Made by a program: the position numbers and the translations under genes. DNA of 38,784 bases, taken from contig CAZJGX010000001.1 in the NCBI GenBank assembly GCA_964545825.1, positions 1-38,784 on the forward strand. The letters run 5' to 3'. This document shows, piece after piece, positions 9,264 through 18,566 of the stretch (position 1 is its first letter; every line of letters begins with the position of its first letter). The notes beneath the pieces were generated by a model. The model was not told where the DNA came from, searched no databases, and saw only the letters and a list, made by a program, of their open reading frames with translations. This DNA comes from an uncultured Muribaculaceae bacterium. Its GTDB lineage: Bacteria > Pseudomonadota > Alphaproteobacteria > Rs-D84.

Positions 9264-10328
9264 ATGATAATTGAACAGAAATTAAAAGATATACAAACTC
9301 ATGCGGCAGAAATAGAAGCACAGATGAATTCTGGTTCTGCGACTGGGGCTGAATTGACCAAATTGGCGCGCGAATATTCGCGGTTGTCGGAAATATTGCC
9401 TTTGATAAAAGAATATTTCCAAACAACCCAGGGGATAGCAGATGCGACCGAGATGCAAAACGACCCAGAATTAAAGTCTATTGCGGCGGAACAATTGGCA
9501 GAATTGAATCATGTTTTGCCGGAAATTGAACGTAAACTGCAAATCGCATTGTTGCCGCGTGATGATGCGGATGATAACAGTGTGATTATGGAAATTCGCG
9601 CCGGTGTTGGTGGTGAAGAATCTGCGCTGTTTGCGGGTGATTTATTTAATCAGTATAAATCGTATGCAATGCGCCAGGGCTGGAAAATTGAAATTATTGA
9701 AGAAAATGCGACGTCTTTGCGTGGGTACAAGGAAGTTGTATTTAAAATTGATGGTGCGGGCGCCTATGGACGTATGAAGTTTGAATCCGGTATTCATCGT
9801 GTCCAGCGTGTCCCGGAAACCGAGGCTGGTGGTCGTATCCATACCAGTGCGGCATCTGTTGCCGTTATGCCAGAGGCACAAGATATCGACGTTGTGATTG
9901 ATGACAAAGATATTCGTATTGATATATTCCGTGCATCTGGTGCCGGTGGTCAGCATGTTAATAAAACAGACAGTGCAATACGTATTACGCACTTTCCGAC
10001 GGGTATTGTTGTCACGTGCCAAAATGAACGCAGCCAGATTCAAAACAAAGCGACAGCAATGGCGGTTTTGCGTTCAAAATTGTACGAAAAACAACGTATG
10101 GAGCAGGTGAACGCATCCAATGCATCGCGTCGTTCCATGGTTGGCAGCGGTGATCGCAGCGAAAAAATCCGTACTTATAATTTTCCGGAACAACGTGTGA
10201 CCGATCATAGAATAAAATTAACGTTATATAAACTGGATGATATTTTGGCCGGTGGTGCAGGTTTGGATGAAATGATTGATGCGCTGATTACGGCAGATCA
10301 ATTGGAACAATTGGCAAATATGGAATAG
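9264..10328 (+). CDS. prfA: peptide chain release factor 1
   Basis: GGQ motif [34 protein letters not shown] (PxT tripeptide region). Confidence 0.95.
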   Translation: MIIEQKLKDIQTHAAEIEAQMNSGSATGAELTKLAREYSRLSEILPLIKEYFQTTQGIADATEMQNDPELKSIAAEQLAELNHVLPEIERKLQIALLPRDDADDNSVIMEIRAGVGGEESALFAGDLFNQYKSYAMRQGWKIEIIEENATSLRGYKEVVFKIDGAGAYGRMKFESGIHRVQRVPETEAGGRIHTSAASVAVMPEAQDIDVVIDDKDIRIDIFRASGAGGQHVNKTDSAIRITHFPTGIVVTCQNERSQIQNKATAMAVLRSKLYEKQRMEQVNASNASRRSMVGSGDRSEKIRTYNFPEQRVTDHRIKLTLYKLDDILAGGAGLDEMIDALITADQLEQLANME

Positions 10329-10342
10329 GGTGTATTTAGTAT

Positions 10343-10370
10343 AAAAAAACGGGCAATTGCCCGTTTTTTT
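10343..10370. terminator. bidirectional intrinsic terminator
   Basis: A7-CGGGCAATTGCCCG-T7 between convergent prfA and the OMP gene. Confidence 0.85.
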
Positions 10371-10383
10371 ATTTGACGTATTA

Positions 10384-11484
10384 TTAAAAAATGTATTTAA
10401 AACTGCTGCCCCAATTCCAACCTGTACGGCCGCCATCGCGACGGTTGATGTGTAATGCAACGTTAAATCTGTCGATTGATTTTATAACGCTAATGCCGTA
10501 TTCGGTATAATCATCTGATTTTAAATCGATTGTGTTAAAATCATTACTGCGCGCGTCGCCGCCGTCAGTCCATCCGATTACATATCGTACGTTTGCAGTT
10601 CCAAACCAACCGGCACCGATATACTTAATTGCGCGTATACCCGGTGTTATTTCGAACTGGGTCAGATTAGTGTTTGATATTTTTATGTCTTGGTATGTGT
10701 AATCATCTGATTTTACCCATGTGCCGCCCATGTATAATTCTGGCTGTAATGTCAGGGTGTCGTCAATTGCGATATTGTATGCCGCATGCGCCATTGCGCC
10801 GACCCATGTGTTAGTATAGTCAATATCGCCGTATCCGTTTTCAATACTGTTAAACATTGTGCCGATATTTGCTGTTGCGGATATGTTAAAGTTAGAAATA
10901 TTGTATCCTGAATAAACGCCTATATGACCACCTTGTTCATTGATTTTTAATGATGAATTTGTTTGTTCGCCACCGGCGTATCCGCCATATATACCCCATT
11001 GTGATACCGCGTTCCTGATTTGTGTGTGGCCGCCGGCCAAGGCGACGCTTACAATATCATAATCGGAATCAATTTTTCCAAAATTATCAAAGTGTGCATA
11101 GTCGTCAAAGTGTTGCCAGTTGGCAAATAAACTGTTGAATTTGGGCAGGGCGATGTCGCCGCCATTATGTCCGTGTGTGTATGCGGTGCCGTCATCGTTG
11201 TATTCGCCATAAACGGGCATTGTGCCATATTTTGTTGTGTCGTTGTTATTTTGTGGCGTGTTTGTATTGTTGTTTTGCGCCAGGTTTAAGTGTGCACGGT
11301 TGCCCAATGCGGCGGCCATTGTGCCTTCGAAAGATTCGATGGCGTTTGTTGCAATTGAGTGCTGGATGGCCGCAATATTGCGCGTAGACAAACTGTTGGC
11401 ATATGGTGTTATTGCGGCCCATGTGTTGCCTGTGGCTATGTTGGCGGCAAGTACAGATAATGCAATCATGTATGTGTTTTTCAT
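10384..11484 (-). CDS. outer-membrane beta-barrel protein (autotransporter-beta-domain-like)
   Basis: Signal peptide MKNTYMIALSVLAANIATGNTWA. Alternating aromatic/Gly-rich strands. C-terminal ..SSFKYIF with terminal Phe. Confidence 0.6.
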   Translation of the reverse strand: MKNTYMIALSVLAANIATGNTWAAITPYANSLSTRNIAAIQHSIATNAIESFEGTMAAALGNRAHLNLAQNNNTNTPQNNNDTTKYGTMPVYGEYNDDGTAYTHGHNGGDIALPKFNSLFANWQHFDDYAHFDNFGKIDSDYDIVSVALAGGHTQIRNAVSQWGIYGGYAGGEQTNSSLKINEQGGHIGVYSGYNISNFNISATANIGTMFNSIENGYGDIDYTNTWVGAMAHAAYNIAIDDTLTLQPELYMGGTWVKSDDYTYQDIKISNTNLTQFEITPGIRAIKYIGAGWFGTANVRYVIGWTDGGDARSNDFNTIDLKSDDYTEYGISVIKSIDRFNVALHINRRDGGRTGWNWGSSFKYIF

Positions 11485-11546
11485 GCGTAATTCTCTCTCT
11501 TTTGATAAGAAGTATATCATATTCGAAAATGTTTTTGAAACTGAAT

Positions 11547-11577
11547 TTAAAACCCCGGAAATTCCGGGGTGTTTTTT
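11547..11577. terminator. intrinsic terminator hairpin downstream of fabG
   Basis: ACCCCGGAAATTCCGGGGT flanked by A/T runs. Confidence 0.65.
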
Positions 11578-12340
11578 ATCGTATCAGGCCACCGTTCAAG
11601 TGTATTTGTTGGCCGTTGATATATCCGGCGTATTCTGATGCCAGAAATGCGACTGTGTATGCGACTTCTTCTGGTTTGCCAAATCTGCGTGATGGGATTT
11701 GTTGGCGCATCGCATCGCGAACTTTTGGGGCTATCTTTTTGATTGCCTCTGTTTCGATTATTCCTGGTGCGATACAGTTTGCGGTGATTCCGCGGCGACC
11801 GTACTCTGTCGCGATTGACTTTGTGGCAGATGCCAATGCGCCCTTGGATGCGGCGTATCCGGACATGCCGGCGTCGCCCATAAAGCCTGCTATGGATGTA
11901 ATGGATATGATGCGCCCGTATTTGTTCTTTAACATATGTGGTACGGCCTCTCGCATCAGATTGTATGGTACGGTAAAGTTTACATGCATTATTTTGCTCA
12001 TGTATGTAGAACTTGATTTTAACAGCATGCATCCGTCAACAATTCCGGCATTGTTAACCAGGATATCTAGTCGTCCGCAGGTGTCAACAGTGCGCTGAAT
12101 CAGTGCGCTTTCTGCATCAATTGCGGTCAAATCCAGTGGTATGCACTCTGGGGTTGGGGTGTCGGTGGAACTGTTTTTCAGATTATCGCGCAATGTGTTT
12201 AATTTGTCGATGTTGCGACCGGTCAAGATGACTTTGGCGCCTTGGGTGAAAAACTCTTTGGCAATGGCACTGCCGATGCCGCCTGTGGCGCCGGTAATTA
12301 AAACAACACGTCCATTTAAATTCAGATTCATAGGAATCAT
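11576..12340 (-). CDS. fabG: 3-oxoacyl-[ACP] reductase (SDR family)
   Basis: Start chosen at MIPMNLNLNGRVVLITGATGGIGSAIA. NNAG. Catalytic YAASKGAL. The upstream part of the 338-aa ORF is not SDR-like. Confidence 0.88.
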   Translation of the reverse strand: MIPMNLNLNGRVVLITGATGGIGSAIAKEFFTQGAKVILTGRNIDKLNTLRDNLKNSSTDTPTPECIPLDLTAIDAESALIQRTVDTCGRLDILVNNAGIVDGCMLLKSSSTYMSKIMHVNFTVPYNLMREAVPHMLKNKYGRIISITSIAGFMGDAGMSGYAASKGALASATKSIATEYGRRGITANCIAPGIIETEAIKKIAPKVRDAMRQQIPSRRFGKPEEVAYTVAFLASEYAGYINGQQIHLNGGLIR

Positions 12341-12464
12341 AATATTTGCTCTGTTTTTTTTGTTAATACTAAATTTAGCACTAAAAAACAAAAAGTCTAC
12401 TTTTTTGTGGTGGGTGTATTTTTTATTGTGTGAGCATGGCTTTTTTATTAATATGTGGCTTGTA

Positions 12465-13034
12465 ATGAACGAAAAACGAGAAATTTTATTAGATAAACCA
12501 ATTGTTATGGTTGGGTTGATGGGGGCAGGAAAAACCAGTGTAGGGCGTGCGTTGGCACGTCGTTTGGGAATCCCGTTTGTTGATTCTGACAAGGAGATAG
12601 AAACGGCCGCCGGATGCAGTGTTGTTGATATTTTTGCAATGTATGGCGAACAGGAATTTCGTCGTGTAGAGCAACGTGTTATAAAACGGTTGTTGAATAC
12701 GCCGCCGAAACTAAAAGTTATTTCAACTGGAGAGGGTGCGTTTATTACACCTGCGGTGCGCGAAATGTTGCAGGGCAGGGCCTTGACAATTTGGTTAAAG
12801 GCTGAACTGGAACTGCTTGTTAAAAGAACAAATTTTCGTGATACGCGTCCACAGTTGCTGCATGCAGATAGTCGGAAAATTTTGGCCCAATTAATTGCAG
12901 AACGTTATGATACATATGCGTTGGCAGATGTGACGGTTGAAACGTTGGATGAAAGTTTGCGTAAAACATTGGGTAAGGTTGTAAATGCGATTGATGAACA
13001 TGTAAATAAAGGGGTAAAAAATGGCGAAAAGTAA
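12465..13034 (+). CDS. aroK: shikimate kinase
   Basis: Start at MNEKREILLDKPIVMVGLMGAGKTSVGRALA..GIPFVDSD..GE.EFR..E. Confidence 0.88.
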   Translation: MNEKREILLDKPIVMVGLMGAGKTSVGRALARRLGIPFVDSDKEIETAAGCSVVDIFAMYGEQEFRRVEQRVIKRLLNTPPKLKVISTGEGAFITPAVREMLQGRALTIWLKAELELLVKRTNFRDTRPQLLHADSRKILAQLIAERYDTYALADVTVETLDESLRKTLGKVVNAIDEHVNKGVKNGEK

Positions 13035-13545
13035 TTTGATTAAAGATTTTAAGGCGTTTATAGAGCGTGGCAGTGCAATAGATATGGCTGTTGGTATCAT
13101 TGTTGGTGGCGTTATGACCAGTGTTGTTAATTCACTGGTAAAAGATGTTATTATGCCGCCAATAGGTTTGTTGATAGGTGGAATTGATTTTTCTGACTGG
13201 GCAATTGTTTTGAGACAGGCAACCGAAGGTAGCGAGGCGGTTTCTATTAATATTGGATTGTTTTTGAATACGGTTGTCAGTTTCTTGATAACGATGTTTG
13301 CAATATTCTGGGTTGTAAAAATTGTTGGCAAGGCGCGTGCTAAGCAGCCGGTGACAACTCGTGCGTGTCCGTATTGCAAAACATCAATTAATATTGCGGC
13401 GGTAAAGTGTCCAAATTGTTGTTCGGATGTAGAACCGGTTGAGGCGGGTGCAATAGAGGAAAGTGAATTGCAAAAAAGCCTGAAAGGACTGGGAAAAATG
13501 GCAACGGGCCAAATTTCAAAAATCAAAAAAATTACAAAGCGTTAA
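13021..13545 (+). CDS. mscL: large-conductance mechanosensitive channel MscL with C-terminal CxxC..CxxC extension
   Basis: FKAFIERGSAIDMAVGIIVGG..DVIMPPIGLLIGGIDFS, then CPYCKTSINIAAVKCPNCC. Confidence 0.9.
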   Translation: MAKSNLIKDFKAFIERGSAIDMAVGIIVGGVMTSVVNSLVKDVIMPPIGLLIGGIDFSDWAIVLRQATEGSEAVSINIGLFLNTVVSFLITMFAIFWVVKIVGKARAKQPVTTRACPYCKTSINIAAVKCPNCCSDVEPVEAGAIEESELQKSLKGLGKMATGQISKIKKITKR

Positions 13546-14212
13546 TTTGTATTTGTAATAAAGTAATTTATGAAAAAAATATGGCGCAAATTTTGCGCCA
13601 TATTTTTTGTGGGATAAAAGGTTGGTGGATGTTGGTGGTTTGTAAAATGATATCTGTTGAAATGGATAAAAGTGTATATTGTTTTGTGTGCAGGGTGACA
13701 TAATCAAAAGGCGCATAATTTATATTATGTATAGTTTTGTGTTCTAGTGGTGTGATGTGGTGTATGATTGGGTGCCGTTTTGATTTTGTTGCTTAAAATA
13801 AAAATGTTTCTGAAATCAGTTTGATAAAAATTATTTTTGATGTTCATTATTAATTTTTTTGTGTTGTTCTGGTGCGAATATTTTTTTGTTCTGTGTTGCA
13901 TTTAATTGAGTGTTATTGGGTCTATATGAAAAACATGGATTTTGTGTTTGTTGTTGTGTGTGTTTTGTGGTGGTTTTTGGATGTTGTTTTGGTTGTGATG
14001 GATGTCTTGGGTGCTCTATTTCTGGTGGTGGGGTTTAATGTAAAACTATACATAATTCTTAAAAGGGTGGTTTATTGTTAAAAATATTTATAAGTGTAAT
14101 AACATTGTAATAATTTTAATTGTTAAAGTAAAATATTGTATCTTTGTCGGTGTTATAATGTTTGTTTTTTTGGTGTGTTGATTTTTTATCTGATGCATTT
14201 ATAATATGTTGT
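13546..14212. other. long non-coding, strongly G+T-biased / C-depleted intergenic region
   Basis: Hand count: about 29 C in 13621-14160 (540 nt). Only one compositional-artefact ORF. Confidence 0.6.
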
Positions 14213-14926
14213 ATGAGTACAAGATTAGATCAAGAATTGGTTTCACGTGGATTGTATATCAGTCGTGCCAAGGCGGTAGCTGCGATAAAGGCCGGCTTGG
14301 TTCGTGTTAATGGTGTTGTTGCGACAAAGGCCAGTCTGGCTGTATCTGATACTGATATTATTGATGGTGCGGATTTGCCGTATGTTTCAGGACGTGGCAG
14401 TTTAAAGTTGGCGCATGCGTTAGATACGTTTCATGTTAATCCGGCGGGATATCAGTGTCTGGATGTTGGTGCCAGTACCGGTGGTTTTACCGAAGTCTTG
14501 TTGTCCCGTGGCGCGGCGCATGTTATTGCGGTGGATGTTGGTTCAAATCAATTGGTTGCCGAAATAAAAAATGATGCCAGGGTTATGTCAATGGAACAGA
14601 CGGATATTCGCACCCTGCCCCCGGTGTCCGGAATTGATTTGATAGTTATTGATGTTTCGTTCGTATCGCTGACCAATATTGCAGATGCGATTGCGGCATG
14701 GCGTTCGCCAGAGATAATTGCGCTGATAAAGCCTCAGTTTGAGGTATCACGTGAAATTGCCGCCCGTTTTAACGGCATTATTAAATCAGAACAATTGCAT
14801 CATGATGTAATTAATCGGGTTGAAAAATGTTTTTCAGCCTTGGGCTATGTATCGCGTGGCGTGATTGAATCGCCAATTCGTGGTGGCAGCGGTAATATTG
14901 AATATTTGGCCTATTTCGTTAAATAA
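14213..14926 (+). CDS. tlyA: TlyA-family 16S/23S rRNA (cytidine-2'-O)-methyltransferase
   Basis: Start at MSTRLDQELVSRGL (S4-like). RGSLKL. LDVGASTGGFTEVLL. IDVSFVSL. G..GNIEYL. Confidence 0.88.
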   Translation: MSTRLDQELVSRGLYISRAKAVAAIKAGLVRVNGVVATKASLAVSDTDIIDGADLPYVSGRGSLKLAHALDTFHVNPAGYQCLDVGASTGGFTEVLLSRGAAHVIAVDVGSNQLVAEIKNDARVMSMEQTDIRTLPPVSGIDLIVIDVSFVSLTNIADAIAAWRSPEIIALIKPQFEVSREIAARFNGIIKSEQLHHDVINRVEKCFSALGYVSRGVIESPIRGGSGNIEYLAYFVK

Positions 14927-14985
14927 AACGTTTTGTGAATTTGTTCTGGTTGAATATAGGTTTAAAAACATACATAATTACAACA

Positions 14986-15052
14986 GGTGGAGGTTCTAAA
15001 CTGTATACTGTGAGACAGCGTCGCTTATTCGACGTATTCACGACCCTCCACC
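14986..15052 (-). ncRNA. orphan copy of the core closing-stem / A+U-rich junction domain of the repeated leader family (no terminator, no downstream gene)
   Basis: RNA sense: GGTGGAGGGTCGTGAATACGTCGAATAAGCGACGCTGTCTCACAGTATACAGTTTAGAACCTCCACC. Collinear with GGTCAGGAGGGTTGTGAATATATTGAATAAGCACACAATTC..AACCTCCTGACC. Confidence 0.45.
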
Positions 15053-15299
15053 TACTTTTGCAGATGAGGGGTGTTTTTTGTCCCCGCGGACACACAGTAT
15101 TTGGGTTTAGCGCCCTTGGCGACAGGAAAAAAAGAACCTGTGCTTGTGCTGATATTTTAAACTAATTTTGGGATAAAAATCAAGTTCTTTTATTAATTGA
15201 TATGTGTTGTAATGTACAAATTGCTTGAATTTAGTGGTGTTGGTGTATAAAATTCAAATTATTTGAATTTAATTAAACAGCAGCCCGAGGTATATAACA

Positions 15300-17696
15300 A
15301 TGGCAGATAATATCGACAAAATTCATGCCCGCGAATCAAAATGGCAGAAAAAATGGCAAGAATCTAATGTCTTTACACCTAAAAATGATGGCGTAAAGCC
15401 GCCTTTTTATATGTTGGCGGAATTTCCATTTCCGTCGGGAACGGGGTTGCATGGCGGACATATGTTAAACTATACCGGGTGTGACGTTATGGCGCGTTTC
15501 ATGCGTATGCGTGGCTATGATGTGTTGTTTCCGTTGGGGTTTGATTCTTTGGGGATTTCAGCAGAAAATTATGCCACCAAAATTGGTCAGCATCCATCGA
15601 TTGTTGTGCGTGATTTGGCTAAAAAATTTACTAAAAATATGCTGGATATGGGTTGGTCTATTGATTTGAAATCCCAGGTGGCAACATCTGATCCAGAATT
15701 TATAAAGTGGACACAATGGATGTTTATTCAGTTCTTTAAGGCGGGTTTGGCATATAAGTCTATGTTGCCGATGAACTGGTGCCCGCATTGCCGTACGACG
15801 CTGACAAATGAAGAATTGGAAGATGGCAAGTGTAATCGTTGTCATGGCGATGTTGAAATCAAAGAAAAAATGCAATGGAATTTGGCGATTACAAAATATG
15901 CGCAGCGTATGTTGGATGATTTGGCGTTGGTTGATTATCCAGAAAAAGTTAAGCGTGACCAGATGAACTGGATTGGGCGTTCAACTGGCGCGGATATTGA
16001 TTTCCGTGTCGGTGATGATGTGATGACGGTTTATACCACACGTCCTGATACTATATTTGGTGCGACGTTCTGTGCAATTGCGCCGGAACATAAATTGGTG
16101 GCCAAGTGGCTGGATGATGGTCGTATTACAAACGCTGATGCGGTGCGGGATTATATTCGTGCGGCGGCGGCCAAATCTGAAATTGACCGAACAGATGTGA
16201 CCAAAGAGAAAACAGGTGTCCAATTAGAAGGCATTATGGCAACAAATCCATATACTGGTAAAGAAATTCCGATTTTTGTTGCGGACTATGTCTTGGCCAA
16301 TTATGCCCAGGGTACGATTATGGCGGTGCCCGCGCATGATGGGCGTGACTGGGATTTTGCCAAGAAATACAACCTGGAAATTATCCCGGTGTTGGCGGGT
16401 GGAACTGCGGACGCTGTATGGGAAGGTGATGGTGCACATATTAATTCAGGATTTATGGATGGTATGAGCAAGGCAGAAGCAATCACAGCCGCAATTGAAT
16501 TTGGTGAAAAAGGTGGCTTTGCACGTCCAAAGACACGTTTTCGTATGGGCGATTGGGGATTTTCGCGTCAGATGTACTGGGGTGAACCAATTCCGTTGGT
16601 ATATTGCGAAAAATGTGGTTGGGTGCCGGTTCCAGAATCTGAATTGCCGCTGATGCAGCCGTTCATGGCGGATTTTCGTCCAACCGAAGATGGGGAAAGC
16701 CCACTTGCACGTGCAACGGATTGGGTGAATACCACCTGCCCGCATTGTGGTGCGCCGGCGCGACGCGAGACTGATACTATGCCACAATGGGCGGGCTCGT
16801 CGTGGTACTATATGCGGTACCTGGATCCAAAAAATGATTCAGAGTTCTGTTCCCGTGAACAGATGGCGCGGTGGATGCCGGTTCATCACTATAATGGTGG
16901 TAATGAACATAATACACGCCATTTGATTTATTCGCGTTTTTGGCACAAGGCATTGTATGATTTGGGGTATGTGACCACGCCGGAGCCATACAAGAAAAGA
17001 ACGACCAATGGCTTGTTGATGGGTTCGGATGGCAAAAAGATGTCTAAATCTGCCGGAAACGGTTTTCAGGTTGATGAAAAAGTTGCCGAAGTTGGGGCCG
17101 ATGCTGCGCGTACAACGGTATTGTCGCTGGGGCCATGGGATTCAAATGTTAATTGGTCAGAAGGTGCATTGGCCGGTGTTCAGCGTTTCTTGAAACGTGT
17201 TGAAAATATGTCTGATAATTTGACAGATGCGGCCCTGACCGCCGAACAAGAAAGATTGATGCATCAATTAATTGCGGATGTGACAGAACGTATTGAGAAC
17301 ATGCGGTATAACACGGCGATTTCCGCGATGATGGAATATCTGAACGCGTTTGGTGGCACAATGCCCCGCCCTGCGTATGTGGCATTGATACAGTGTTTAA
17401 ATCCGTTTGCACCGCATTTGACCGAAGAAATATGGGAAAAATTGGGTAATATGGAAATGTTGGTACTGTCGTCGTGGCCGACATTTGATGCGTCAAAGTT
17501 GGTCAAGACATCAATGACGGTCGTTGTTGCAGTAAATGGGAAACGTGCGGCGGATTTTGTGGTGCCTGTGGATGCATCAGAATCCGATGTTGTTGATGCG
17601 GCCAAAAACGCGGCGGCAAAAAGGTTGGTTGACGCCCAAATTATAAAAACAATTGTTGTGCCTGGTAAGATGGTGAACTTTGTTGTAAAAAAGTAG
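15300..17696 (+). CDS. leuS: leucine--tRNA ligase
   Basis: FPFPSG.GLHGGH (HIGH-type), CP1 editing domain, KMSKS at ..GKKMSKSAGN. Confidence 0.95.
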   Translation: MADNIDKIHARESKWQKKWQESNVFTPKNDGVKPPFYMLAEFPFPSGTGLHGGHMLNYTGCDVMARFMRMRGYDVLFPLGFDSLGISAENYATKIGQHPSIVVRDLAKKFTKNMLDMGWSIDLKSQVATSDPEFIKWTQWMFIQFFKAGLAYKSMLPMNWCPHCRTTLTNEELEDGKCNRCHGDVEIKEKMQWNLAITKYAQRMLDDLALVDYPEKVKRDQMNWIGRSTGADIDFRVGDDVMTVYTTRPDTIFGATFCAIAPEHKLVAKWLDDGRITNADAVRDYIRAAAAKSEIDRTDVTKEKTGVQLEGIMATNPYTGKEIPIFVADYVLANYAQGTIMAVPAHDGRDWDFAKKYNLEIIPVLAGGTADAVWEGDGAHINSGFMDGMSKAEAITAAIEFGEKGGFARPKTRFRMGDWGFSRQMYWGEPIPLVYCEKCGWVPVPESELPLMQPFMADFRPTEDGESPLARATDWVNTTCPHCGAPARRETDTMPQWAGSSWYYMRYLDPKNDSEFCSREQMARWMPVHHYNGGNEHNTRHLIYSRFWHKALYDLGYVTTPEPYKKRTTNGLLMGSDGKKMSKSAGNGFQVDEKVAEVGADAARTTVLSLGPWDSNVNWSEGALAGVQRFLKRVENMSDNLTDAALTAEQERLMHQLIADVTERIENMRYNTAISAMMEYLNAFGGTMPRPAYVALIQCLNPFAPHLTEEIWEKLGNMEMLVLSSWPTFDASKLVKTSMTVVVAVNGKRAADFVVPVDASESDVVDAAKNAAAKRLVDAQIIKTIVVPGKMVNFVVKK

Positions 17697-17708
17697 TTGG
17701 TGCAAAAT

Positions 17709-17741
17709 AAAAAACATCCCGCAGACAGCGGGATGTTTTTT
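17709..17741 (+). terminator. intrinsic terminator of leuS
   Basis: ACATCCCGC-AGACA-GCGGGATGT plus a T run. Confidence 0.85.
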
Positions 17742-17743
17742 AT

Positions 17744-18011
17744 TTGTGTTTTATTTCGGTTGGCGGTATAATCATATTGTTCGTGGGTGTTCCATGAACG
17801 GGGTGTGAGAACCCGGCATAGGCGTCGGAATATGTTCTTGTGGCGTATGATTTGCGCTGTTTTTACTATTGCGACGGAAACAAACTCCTGGCGTTGGTCA
17901 GGAGGGTCGTGAAATATCAAAATAAGCGCACAATTCCTATGATTGTTCTCAACCTCCTGGCCCACCATTTATCGGTGGTTTTTTGTTTGTGATAAATAAC
18001 AGGAGTTTGAA
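17744..18011 (+). promoter_or_regulatory. promoter + structured 5' leader, copy 2
   Basis: -35 TTGTGT 17744-17749, 17 nt, -10 TATAAT 17767-17772. Hairpin GTTCGTGG/CCATGAAC 17779-17799. GGTCAGGAGGG 17896-17906. CAACCTCCTGGCC 17950-17962. CCACC..GGTGG plus T6 ending at 17984. AGGAG 18001-18005. Confidence 0.8.
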
Positions 18012-18539
18012 ATGAATATAAAATCGTTAATTTTTGTTGGGTTTGTGTTATGTGTTCTGGGCAATGCGGCACATGCCGCGGTTATTACTACAAGGTCATG
18101 TTGGTTGGAAAACGCGAATTGTTGTAAATCAAAGGACACTTATTGTTCCGATACACTATGTATGCCTGGCGGAAAGGGAACTTTGTGTCCAACAGAAGGC
18201 GAGACATCTTGTACTTTGCCATTTCAGTTGCAGTGCCAATCGGCTACATATGACGGTTTTAATGGGTATGTTTTGTGTTATGATGTCAGATGCCCTGTTG
18301 AATCGGCTCAATGGTGGTGTGCTGATGGTTTTTATTCCGATGGGGTGTTGGAAACGGATGAAAATGGCAATGAGATTCCGGATTGTTATGAGTGTGATAC
18401 AGCAGGATTGGATAATACACCGGCCAAATCCGATAAAACAGTAAAAGGGGTGGAAGCCTGTTATATACCGGCGGGGGAAATGGTACGTGATAGGTACGGA
18501 AAATATAAATATACAGCCGATTGTCACTATAAATGGTAA
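18012..18539 (+). CDS. secreted cysteine-rich protein (175 aa)
   Basis: Signal peptide ..FVLCVLGNAAHA. 15 Cys in the mature part (hand count). C-terminal ..ACYIPAGE..YKYTADCHYKW. Confidence 0.7.
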   Translation: MNIKSLIFVGFVLCVLGNAAHAAVITTRSCWLENANCCKSKDTYCSDTLCMPGGKGTLCPTEGETSCTLPFQLQCQSATYDGFNGYVLCYDVRCPVESAQWWCADGFYSDGVLETDENGNEIPDCYECDTAGLDNTPAKSDKTVKGVEACYIPAGEMVRDRYGKYKYTADCHYKW

Positions 18540-18566
18540 AAAGAATGCCCCGTTTGGGGCTTTTTT
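18540..18566. terminator. bidirectional terminator between convergent Cys-rich protein genes
   Basis: GCCCC-GTTT-GGGGC flanked by A and T runs. Confidence 0.8.

Noticed and set aside
11403-12098. 231-aa plus-strand ORF, and the 161-aa minus-strand alternative-frame ORF at 11547-12032.
   Set aside because: Both overlap the clearly identified fabG coding frame and contain no motifs.
12341-12592. N-terminal extension of the fabG ORF (338 aa), and the analogous extensions of aroK (12141-12464), tlyA (14162-14212) and the methyltransferase (24652-24927).
   Set aside because: The extensions lack homology to the respective families. The internal ATG codons coincide with the canonical N termini.
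12891-13526. 211-aa minus-strand ORF.
   Set aside because: It is antisense to mscL and the aroK 3' end and has no motifs.
13872-14081. 69-aa hydrophobic ORF in the C-depleted region.
   Set aside because: Its Val/Phe/Leu/Trp/Gly/Cys-only composition is the expected translation artefact of G+T-rich DNA. There is no RBS.
14935-15165. 76-aa plus-strand ORF between tlyA and leuS.
   Set aside because: It has no RBS, odd composition, and overlaps the orphan RNA domain and several hairpins. It is more likely non-coding.
14986-15165. Possibility that this structured region is the SRP (4.5S) RNA, given GGTCAGG-like strings in the leader family.
   Set aside because: The conserved domain IV sequence (..CAGGTCCGGAAGGAAGCAGCC..) is not present.
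17264-17968. 234-aa minus-strand ORF.
   Set aside because: It is antisense to the leuS 3' end, crosses a strong terminator, and runs into leader copy 2.
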